64,000 nt of DNA from an uncultured Acidobacteriota bacterium (lineage in GTDB: Bacteria; Acidobacteriota; Polarisedimenticolia; J045): the NCBI GenBank assembly GCA_963702425.1, contig CAVPCQ010000010.1:1-64000 (forward strand), written 5' to 3'. The notes under the pieces are model-generated. The model made no database searches and had not been told where the DNA came from. It worked only from the letters and a program-made list of their open reading frames with translations. Position 1 is the first letter of the stretch. Each line of letters opens with the position of its first letter. This document shows, piece by piece, positions 9,103 to 18,316 of this stretch. A program made the position numbers and the translations under genes.

Positions 9103-9669
9103 ATGTCGGAACCGGGCCGCGATCGATTGCTGACCTACGAGGACTACGCTGCGTTCCCTGACGACGGGCATCGCTACCAGCTCCTCGACGGGGAACTGAT
9201 CGTGATGCCGTCAGTCAGCACGTGGCACCAGGCGGTCTCGCTCCAACTTGTGATCCGGTTGCTGGCTGACGTCCGGCAGCACGATCTCGGCGAGCTGTTC
9301 CACGCCCCCCTCGACGTGACGCTGGACGATCACAACGTGGTCCAGCCCGACATCTTCTTCATCTCGAAGGCAAGGGCCGGCATCCTGAAGGACGGACGGA
9401 TCATCGGCGCCCCCGACCTGTGCGTCGAGATCCTCTCGCCCGGCACGGAGCACCTCGACCGCGTGCGCAAGCTGGAGCTGTACGCCCGCTTTGATGTCAC
9501 GTATTACTGGATCGTCGACCTTGGCTCGCGGACGATCGAGGAGTACGTGCTCTCCGGCGACCTCTACCGCGTCCGCAGCGTCACCGGTTACGAGGAGCCG
9601 TTCCGCCCCGCCGCCTTCCCCGGGTTCGAGTTCACGCTGAGCGTGGTGGCGCTGCCGGACGGGGAGTGA
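9103..9669 (+). CDS. Uma2 family (DUF820) PD-(D/E)XK endonuclease, copy 1
   Basis: LTYEDYAAFPDDGHRYQLLDGEL, APLDVTL, VQPDIFFI, APDLCVEILSPG, KLELYARFDVTYYWIVD; GAGGAG RBS. Confidence 0.9.
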   Translation: MSEPGRDRLLTYEDYAAFPDDGHRYQLLDGELIVMPSVSTWHQAVSLQLVIRLLADVRQHDLGELFHAPLDVTLDDHNVVQPDIFFISKARAGILKDGRIIGAPDLCVEILSPGTEHLDRVRKLELYARFDVTYYWIVDLGSRTIEEYVLSGDLYRVRSVTGYEEPFRPAAFPGFEFTLSVVALPDGE

Positions 9670-9920
9670 AGAGGGTCCCGCAGGCGAGTCTCGGCGAACC
9701 GGCACGGGCTACACTAACTGACACCCGAGTCGGAGTTTGACGGCCCCTCGGCACGCGCCTCGCGCGGCACCCGTCTCCGACACGCTCCGGCGAGACATTT
9801 CGCTTCCGCCGCGACGGACCCGCACCGTATCCTCTCATCGCTGCGTCAGGGTGGGAGCAGGGCCGCGCCGAGTCGCCGCGCGCGGTTTCCCGCTGCCTCC
9901 GGCCCCGGAGGGACGTGCCC

Positions 9921-12900
9921 ATGATCCGGATCGGGCGCTTCGTTGCCGCACTCGTCGTGTCCAGCTGCGCGGGCTACGCCGCGCTCGCTGAGCCGCCGTC
10001 GATTCACTCGGTCGAGCCGCCCCAGGGGTTCGTCGACGAGTCGACGCCGCTGGTCGTGCGCGGCGAGGGGTTCGAGCCGGAGGCCCGGCTCGCGCTCATC
10101 CCGGGAGGGCTCAGCGTCATTCCCTCCTACCTGGACGTCTCGCGGGTCGCCACCCTGGGTCGCTTCGCCTACGCGGCGGAGCAGCAGGGGCAGCTCCTGG
10201 TCATCGATCTCGCCGACCCGTCGTCTCCCGTGCTGGCCGGCGGCGCGGCGCTGCCGTACGGCGTGCGCGACATCGCGGCGGCCGGCATGCTCGTCTACGC
10301 CGTCGGGTACCAGTCGTCGTCCTACCCGAGCGCCAACTGGCTCGCGATCTATGACGTCAGCAACCCCGTCGAGCCGTCGTGCATCGCCTACGTCGAGCTG
10401 GAGCCGAGGGCCGTGGCGCGCGCGGTCTCGGTCTCGGGCTCCTACGCCTACGTCGGGACGGCCAACGAAGGGCTCGAGATCTTCGACGTCAGCCATCCGG
10501 CATCCCCCACGCTCGCGGGGCGGGATCGGGTAACGACGCGCATCCGGGACCTCGCCGTCTTCGGGAATCACGCCTACGTCGTCACCGACTACGCCGGCCT
10601 TCGCATCCTCGATCTCTCCGACCGAACCGCGCCCACGCTCGCCGGGAGCTTCCAATCGGCCGAGTTCAGCTTCCCGCGCGACCTTGCGGTCTCCGGCTCG
10701 ATCGTCTACATCGCCGACCTGGGTGCGGGGCTCTTCATCGTCGACGTGAGCGACCCGGCCTCGCCCTCGCTGCTCGGGAGATACGACGAGTCGGAACCCG
10801 CGTACCGGGTCGCGGCCGCCGGAGGACGGGCCTTCCTCGCCGTCGGCCCCAACGGCCTCCGGGTCATCGATGTCACCGATCCCCGCGCGCCGATCGCGGA
10901 GAGCCGCTGCGATGTCCGGGCATCGCTGTCGATGTCGCGCTGTCCGGGGAGCATGCCGTCGTGGCCGACTACTTCCGTGGCGTCGTGGTTACTCGCGGCG
11001 CCTGTGGCGGCCCCTCTGCGGGGAACTACCTCGGGACCAACGGCCCGGCGGACGTCGCGATCTCGGGCTCGCTCGCCTACCTGGCCGATCGCTACGACGG
11101 GTTCCAGGTCGTGGACCTGAGCGACCCTCACGGCCGCATCGCATCGCATGGCGCGACGTCAACGGCTACGCGCGGGCAGTCGATGCCGCCGGATCGCTCG
11201 TTTACCTGCTCGTCAAAAACAGCCTCCAGGTCTTCGATGTCGGGAACCCCGCGGAGCCGGAGGTCATCGGTTCGCTCTACGTGGGACCCGAGCCGTACGA
11301 CGTGGCCGTCTCGGGACGATACGCCCTGGTCAGCTCCTACTGGAGCGGCCTGCTCGTCGTCGACATCGGGGACCCGGCGCGGCTCGTGCCGCTCGGTTCG
11401 GTCAGTTGCAGGGAGCGCCCTTCGACATCGCCGTCTCTTGGCCTACGTCTACGTTGCCTCCAGCTGGAGGCGCCTGCAGGTCGTCGACGCCAGCGATCCG
11501 TCCGCGCCCCGGCTGGTCGCCGAACTCCCCACGCCAGACGAGTCGGTCGCGGTGGCGGCCTCGGGCCGGCTCGTGCTGGTGGCGGGCGGCGCCGCGGGGC
11601 TGCTCGACGTCGACGCCGCGATCCCGAGGCCCGCGGCTGATCGCCACCTAGAGATGCCGGGCACCACCAGCGACGTGGAGCTGCGTGGTGACCTGGCATA
11701 TGTGGCGAACTCGAGCAACGGACTCGAACTGGTTGACCTCCGGGATCCACTCCGTCCAACGCTCGTGTCGCGGTATCCCGGGTACATGGCGGGCGGAGTG
11801 GCGACGTCGGAGGAGTTGGCCGCGGTGTGGAGCTACGACTACGACTTCTTCGCGGGCGTCCGCATCGCGCGGCCCAACCCCTTGCTCGCCGACATCGGCG
11901 CCGCTGCGGGCGACGGCTTGAGCGCGGTCGTACCGCGCGGATCGCGGCGGGTCCCTACGACGTGCGGGCGGTGAACGATGAGCCGGATGCGGCAATCCTC
12001 GCGGGGGGATTCCGGATCTGCGAGCGCCGCAACCTCTCCGCGCGGCTGGTTCCCTGGCTGCCTCCCATCGCGCACGGCGGGCCGGTTCCCGTCGAGCGGA
12101 CGCCCGTCCCCTGGAGGCTCGAGGTAGAAGGGGACGACCTCTTCCTCTGCCCGAGGCCACGGCACCAGGCCGACCTGCTGCTCCGGCGCTCCCCTCGACT
12201 TTCGATGCTCAGCACGAGCCGGCGGGCCGGCCGGGCGCGATCGAGATCGAGCTGTTCGTGATCGCCGGCAAGGACACGGGGACAGTGCGCCTGATCGCGG
12301 ACGATCCCGAAGCGGCCGACGCGCTGTGGGCCTCTCTCCTCGCCTCACGTCGCATCACCGTCCCGTCCGGCGACGCACAGCACTATGCCGAGCTGACGCT
12401 GCACGTCGATCGGCGGGCGACAGGTGGCACGGCCGTCGTTCCGGTCTTTCCCGATCCTTGGGCGACGAGTGGATCGGGGGGAACGATTCGAGCGAACGTC
12501 CGCCTGGCGGTTACGCCGGCCCGCGTGTCACCTCCTACGCGTTCCGGTTCGCGGACGGCCGGCTTGTCGGCGCTTCGGCGGCAGGCCCGGCGGCCGACCT
12601 CAGCTGCGAGGTCATCGGGCGGGACCGCGTCGGATGCGCACCGTATCGCGGGTCAGCGCTTTCGAAGCGATGGGTGATCCCCGCTTCCTCGTCCACGGAA
12701 TGGACCTCGACGCGACGGGATCCCGGACGCGACGACAACTGCGCCGTCGACGGCGAACCCTGCTCAGCTCGACGCCGACGAAGACGGCTGGGGAGACGAC
12801 TGCGAAGCTGCCCCCTCAACTCGAATCGCGACCAACTCGACCGGGATCGCGACGGGGTCGGAGACGCGTGCGACATCTGTCCCTCCTCGATGGACGTGTG

Positions 12901-15900
12901 CCAGGCCGACGGCGACGTCGACGGACTGGGAGACGCCTGCGACAACTGCCCGGCGCTCCCCAATTCGGCCCAGTTCGACGGGGACGGCGACTGGGTCGGC
13001 GACGCCTGCGACAACTGCCCCGCCGCGGCCAACCTCGGCCAGACCGACACGGACGGCGACGGGGCGGGGGACGCCTGCGACCCTGCACCGATTCCGACTT
13101 CGACGGCTACGCCGATGCCGAGACGCCGGGATCGCTCTGCCCGGTCGACAACTGCCCGGTGACGCGAAACCCGGACCAGTCCGATGCGGTGCACCCGGGC
13201 GGGGCGGGCGACGCCTGCGACGACCCCGACGCCGACGGTGTGCCCGACCGATTCGACAATTGCCCGGACCGCGCCAACCCGGGCCAGGAGGACCGCGATC
13301 AGGACGCGCTCGCGACGCGTGCGACCCGTATCCGGACCTCGCGCTCCTGGTCGTGCCCTCGGCGGCGCACTACGCGCTTGCGGGAGAGGGTGCGATCACG
13401 GTGACTTACCGGCTCGAGCGGCGCGGGTCGGGCGTTCTGGCGGCCGACCTCGCCGGGGTGCGCACGACGCTGACGCTCTCCGGTACGGCGGTGTTCGGCG
13501 AGCTCGCGCAGGAAGGGATCCTGCTCGCGGGCGGCGGGACGGGAGGGCGCTCGTCGAATTCGCGGGAGGCCTGGCCACGCTCACCGTGTGGGACGCGGCT
13601 CCGGAAGCGGTCCGCTTTGCGGGCGAGGACACGGAGCGGAATGGCGTAACGGTTCTCGCCGACGTGGTGGAGTCCTTCGAGCAGGACGACGGCGGGTTTT
13701 CGCACGGCGGCACGCGCGATCCGTGGGCCTGGGGTGTGCCGACCTCCGGGCCCGGCGCGGCACACTCCGGCGCCGGGCTCTGGGCCACGAACCTCGAGGG
13801 GGACTACCCGGACAGCTGCTTCGCCTGGCTGATGTCGCCCGACGTCTATCTCCCCGCGGGCACGGAGCCGAGGCTCGAGTTCTGGAGTTGGATCAAGCTG
13901 TATCCCGACTACGACTCCGCCAGCCTCGACATCAGCGTGGACGGGGGTCTGACGTGGGATTACCTGAACGACGACTGGCCCAGAGACACCCCGTTCACGC
14001 TGCACGGCGCGATCTCTCGGAGTACGCCGGTGAGCGGGTCCGCATCCGGTTCCGCATCGGGTCGGGCGCCGTCGGGAACGCGCCCGGCTGGTACGTCGAC
14101 GACTTCGCGACACCGGCATCGGCGCGACCACCGTGTTCCTCGAGGCGAGCGGCGACGACGACGGGGATTCGCCACCAACGCCGCCGAGATCGCCCGCGGT
14201 ACGGACCTGCGCAATCCCGATAGCGACGACGACGGCGTGCTCGACGCGGCCGACAACTGCCCGCTGGCGAAGAACGCCGACCAGGCCGATCGGGTGCACC
14301 CCAACGGGATCGGCGACGCCTGCGACGATCCCGACGGCGACGGCCGGCCGGACGCGAGCGACAACTGTCCCGATCTCGCCAACGCTGGGCAGGAGAACGT
14401 GGACGGCGACCGGCTCGGAGACGCCTGCGACCCGTATCCCGATCTCGACCTGCTCGTCGTGCCGTCGCACCGCCGTTCGGCGCGACCGGTCGGCCGGTGA
14501 CCGTCACCTACAGGCTGGAGCGCCGCGGTACGGGGCAGCTTCTCGTCGACACCGTGGGTGTAAGGACGACGCTCTCGCTGACCGTGCTCGCGGTTGGAGA
14601 GAGCGCAGTGCGGTCGGTGCTCGAGGTGGATCGGGTCGGACGGGTCGTCAGTCGAATCGTCGGGGGCTGGTCACGCTCGACGTGGGCGACGACGTCGGCG
14701 AAACCGCGCTTTACGGAGCCGATGATACCGAGCGCAACGGCGCCACGATCTGGACCGACTACGAGCAGGACCGAGGCTGGGAACGGCGGGTTCACGCACC
14801 CGGCGACAACGACCCGTGGGCGTGGGGAGAGCCGGTCGCCGGGCCTGGCGCGGCCATTCCGGGCAGAACGCCTGGGCGCGGACCTCGACGGAAGCTGTGA
14901 GCGACGTCTCGGCGGCGCTCTACTCACCCGTCTTCCGTATCGCCGCCGGCCCCAACCGGTTCTCGAGTTCTGGGACTGGTTCCTGGGTTATTACTACGCG
15001 ACAAGGGGCGCGTCGAGATCTCCGCGACGGCGGCCGACTGGGAGCTGAGAGGCGAGCGCCAGTCGAGAGCGTGCTGGCAGATGCGGCGGTACGACTCTCA
15101 CGCTACGCCGGAAGAACGATCCAGGTCCGCTCCTGACGACAAGCTGAACTACGACGATGCGCCGCGCTGGTCGTCGACGACGCGATCCGGGAGCTTGCGC
15201 CGACCGGTCGTTGCGCCGACGGCGACGAGGACGGCGACGGGATGAGCAACGCCGACGAGGCGGCGGCGGCCGACCGAGGGACCCGACACCGACCGGTGAC
15301 GCTGCTGCTCGACGGCTCCGCCAGCTGCCCCACCGGTCGCGCGAACCCGGACCAGTAGGATCGGGGTCGATCGCGAACGGCTGCGACGCCCGCTCGAGCA
15401 CCGTGTCGTCGACGGCCAGTGTGGTCGCGGGCGACCTCTGCCCCGACCCGCATCGAGACACGGAGAGCAGGATGCCGAACGGGTCGACGCAGGGGATCGC
15501 GTGCGACGCGTGCAACGGGCTCGCGTCGGGAACGGGTCTGCGACAGCCCGCTCGGCACCGTGTGCGCGCCGCCCAACGCCCACCACGTCCAGCGCGTCGA
15601 TCAACCGGAACGCGGCCTCCCGACGCGGCGCGAAGACATCGTCCGGAAGGCTTGCGCGGACCCTCAGCCGGTCGAGCGTCCGGAGGCACTCGACCCTGAC
15701 CAGCGCGCTCGCGATCCCGCCGCGCCGCGACGGCCAGCCGGCGAGGCGTCCGGGCTGGCCGAGGAGCGCGCGCAGCAGGACGGAGGAGTAGAAGGGAAGT
15801 AAAGGGATGGGGAGCTGGACGACCGGAGCGGACGGCCGGAGGGCGTCGACACCTGCGACGATCTCTCGAACCCGGCGCAGGAGGACGGGGATCGGAGACG

Positions 15901-17005
15901 GTGTAGGCGACGCCTGCGAACTGATGAGACGCGAACCCCGAGCAGAGGGAGTCTGACGGCGACGGGTTCGGGAGCGCTGCGACAACTGCCCACGTCCGAA
16001 CCGACCAGGTGGACGCCGACGCGACACGCTGGGCGATGCCTGGACGTAGTAGGTCGTCACCCGCGGTCCTGGGCCGCGCTCCTCGCGGAGCAGGTCGAGG
16101 ACATCGACCGAGAGCGGCAGGGGAGGCGGGAGCGAGACGCGCCCGAGCGGCGGCGAGCCGGGCGTGGCCGTCCGGATCGACAGGCCGGGCGTGCCGTCGG
16201 GGGGGGGAACGAGTTGCGCGACCGGGTCGGCGGTCCAGGACGGTCACCACGCGTCCGCCCGGCGGGCCAGCTTCACGTAGTGGCATGAGGCGGGCCTTCA
16301 GCTCCGCGATGCCTACCTTGGTCATGACTAGAAGATAACCAGAAATGGTCACATGTGCCATCCTCGGCGTGGAACGCCGCGCAGGCCGATCGAACCACGG
16401 GACCGGCGGAAGCTCACTCGTTGAAGGCTGGGCCGCGAGCCTCCCGGGAATTAGGAACGTTCGGCGTGGCTCGACTCGCCGCCTCCGTCCGGAAACCCGG
16501 CGTGCTGGAGTTCTGGGACTACTTCCGGGCGGAATACGGAGCCGACTCGGGCGCGTCGAGGTCACGGCGGACGGCGGCGCCAACTGGGAGACGCTCGACG
16601 CTGCAGGGGTCGCTCGGAGGGTATTCGTGGCGGAGCTACGAGCTCTCGGCTTACCGCGGGGCGGAGATCCAGATCCGCTTCTGGCTGATAAGCGACAACT
16701 GGGTCAGCTACGCCGGCTGGTACATCGACGACTCGCGTCCGCGGCCTCGCGGCCGGGAGGGAGTTCTGACTCCCGACGGCGATGCGGAAGCGGTCGGCCT
16801 GACGCACCGCGGATGAGGGAGCGCGGTGGAACCGGTCGATCGTGCGACAAACGGAGACGGCACGAACTGCCGCTCAACAACACGCGCAGAAAGACCGGAT
16901 CGCGAGAAATAGGGAGCGCGCGACAACTGCCCAGGGACGCCGAACCCCGGCCAGGCGGACGCCGACGGTGACGGCGTGGGCGATGCGTGCGAGGCGGGGC
17001 CCTGA
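9921..17005 (+). CDS. Giant secreted protein: LVIVD repeats + thrombospondin type-3 Ca-binding repeats + repeated jelly-roll modules; heavily frameshifted
   Basis: Signal peptide; repeated GLxIxDVSxPxxP LVIVD units (10.1-11.9 kb); DxDGDGVGDACDNCP units (12.7-17 kb); DPWAWG..GPGAAHSG..WATNL..LEFW..DGG.TW..GWYVDD modules; ends DGDGVGDACEAGP* at 17005. Spread over many ORF fragments; may be more than one gene. Confidence 0.65.
13147..15300 (+). repeat. Tandem ~1.1-kb module duplication inside the giant protein
   Basis: DNCP..NxDQxDxVHPxGxGDACDDPD..DACDPYPDL.LLVVPS..VTYRLERRG..DTERNG..DPWAWG starts at both 13147 and 14252; a further partial module occurs near 16440-16760. Confidence 0.7.
15250..16060 (-). 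pseudogene. PIN-domain (VapC-like) toxin, fragmented and interleaved with other sequence
   Basis: Pieces MTTYYV (from 16060), SSVLLRALLGQPGRL..IASALVRVECLRTLDRLR..LIDALDVV (about 15790-15580) and VDDTVLERASQPF (about 15415-15375), separated by plus-strand TSP3 sequence. 3' end approximate. Confidence 0.6.
16057..16325 (-). pseudogene. Phd/YefM-type antitoxin (frameshifted)
   Basis: ATG 16325 MTKVGIAELKARL, then VVTVLDR, PVAQLVP and DVLDLLREERG; abuts the toxin start. Confidence 0.65.
16320..16351 (-). promoter_or_regulatory. Putative toxin-antitoxin autorepression operator
   Basis: Minus-strand TGACCA-tttc-TGGTTA inverted repeat followed by the GTCATGAC palindrome over the antitoxin start; locally AT-rich. 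Confidence 0.45.
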
Positions 17006-17028
17006 CGGGCTCGCCTCGCGGGTGTACG

Positions 17029-17120
17029 ATGAGTCGAGTTGCGGATGCGGGACGGTCGCCCTCCCGGGCGCCGCCCGCGCCGCACCCCGCGCGCTACCCT
17101 CCCCGCGAGGAGTGACCCCG
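17029..17120 (+). repeat. Conserved Uma2 leader, copy 2 (hairpin 17040-17084; uORF 17029-17115)
   Basis: Colinear with 9010-9096; overlaps GTGTACGAT (-10-like). Confidence 0.8.
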
Positions 17121-17690
17121 ATGTCGGAACCGGGCCGCGATCGTCTGCTGACCTACGCGGATTACGCCGCGCTCCCTGACGACGGGAATCGCTACCAGCT
17201 CCTCGAGGGGGAACTGGTCATGACGCCGTCGCCCAGAGCGTGGCACCAGCAGGTCTCGTACCGACTCGAGTTCAAGCTGCTGGCCCACGTCCAGGAACAC
17301 GATCTCGGTGAGATGTACCACGCCCCCCTCGACGTAACACTGGACGACCACAACGTGGTCCAGCCGGACATCTTCTTCATCTCGAAGGAGCGGGCCGGCA
17401 TCCTGCAGGACGGACGGATCCTCGGCGCTCCTGACATGTGCGTCGAGATCCTCTCACCCGGCACGGTGCGGCTCGATCGCGTGCGCAAGCTGGAGCTGTA
17501 CGCGCGCTTCGATGTCACGCATTACTGGATCGTCGACCTCGAGCGCGCGGACGATCGAGGAGTACGTCCTGCACGGGCGACGTCTACCGCGTGCGCAGCA
17601 TCGCCGCCTACGACGAGCCGTTCCGGCCGGCCGTGTTCCCCGGGTTCGAGTTCACGGCTGAACATCGTGCCGCTGCCGGATGGGCTCTGA
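17121..17690 (+). CDS. Uma2 family endonuclease, copy 2 (three +1 indels in the 3' part)
   Basis: MSEPGRDRLLTYADYAALPDDGNRYQLLEGEL..VQPDIFFI..APDMCVEILSPG; 570 bp versus 567 bp for the other copies. Confidence 0.85.
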   Translation: MSEPGRDRLLTYADYAALPDDGNRYQLLEGELVMTPSPRAWHQQVSYRLEFKLLAHVQEHDLGEMYHAPLDVTLDDHNVVQPDIFFISKERAGILQDGRILGAPDMCVEILSPGTVRLDRVRKLELYARFDVTHYWIVDLERADDRGVRPARATSTACAASPPTTSRSGRPCSPGSSSRLNIVPLPDGL

Positions 17691-17722
17691 CGGGGCTGCG
17701 GTGCCGCCGGACCGGTCGCTGC

Positions 17723-18316
17723 CTACCGCCCCGACACCACCCGCTTGAGCCGCCGTCCCGCCCGGTAGAACCCGCCGATCGACCCCGGCGGCTCCGGCTC
17801 CGGCAGCCCCAGCATCCGCGCCCGCAGCCGCGCCGCGGCGTGCCGGTCGAGGTCCTGCAGCCGCCGCACCAGCCAGCCCGGCCGCGCGGGGTCGCGCGCG
17901 ATCCGCGCGATCGCGAAGTCGATCACGTGGACCGTCGCCGGCGGCGCGATCAGCACGTTGCGCCGGTGCAGGTCGCCGATCGCCACGCCGCGCGCGTGGA
18001 TCGCGGCGACGATCGCGTCGAGCGCGTCGCAGACCGCCCGCGCGTCGTAGCTCCCCTTGGGGACCTCGTGCGAGGGCTGGCCCGGGGCGCGCGCGAGCAC
18101 CAGCCGGTCGGGCGTCTCGAGCCCCAAGGACGCCGGCACGCCGGGCACGCCGACGAGCCGCTCGTAGACCCGCGCCTCGCGGCGCAGCGTCGGCCGGCCG
18201 TAGAACGTCCGGATCCACCAGGAGCGCGAGGCGTAGTCCTTGACCACGACGGCCCGCCCGCCGCGCTCCTCGAACCGCACCTCGGCCTTGGTCGCGTTGC
18301 GCGCTTTCGGGGTCAC
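17723..18316 (-). CDS. Small RIO/Kdo-type kinase-like protein
   Basis: VVVKDY, REARVYERL, IHARGVAIGDLHRRNVLI, VIDFAIA kinase motifs; GTGA overlap with the upstream stop. Confidence 0.75.
   Translation of the reverse strand: MTPKARNATKAEVRFEERGGRAVVVKDYASRSWWIRTFYGRPTLRREARVYERLVGVPGVPASLGLETPDRLVLARAPGQPSHEVPKGSYDARAVCDALDAIVAAIHARGVAIGDLHRRNVLIAPPATVHVIDFAIARIARDPARPGWLVRRLQDLDRHAAARLRARMLGLPEPEPPGSIGGFYRAGRRLKRVVSGR

Noticed and set aside
17023-17120. N-terminal CxC extension of Uma2 (VYDESSCGCGT / VYDGSGCHCGT) from an upstream GTG
   Set aside because: Out of frame in copy 1, and a strong GAGGAG RBS precedes the MSEPGR ATG in all copies; more likely a by-product of the conserved leader, though not fully excluded.
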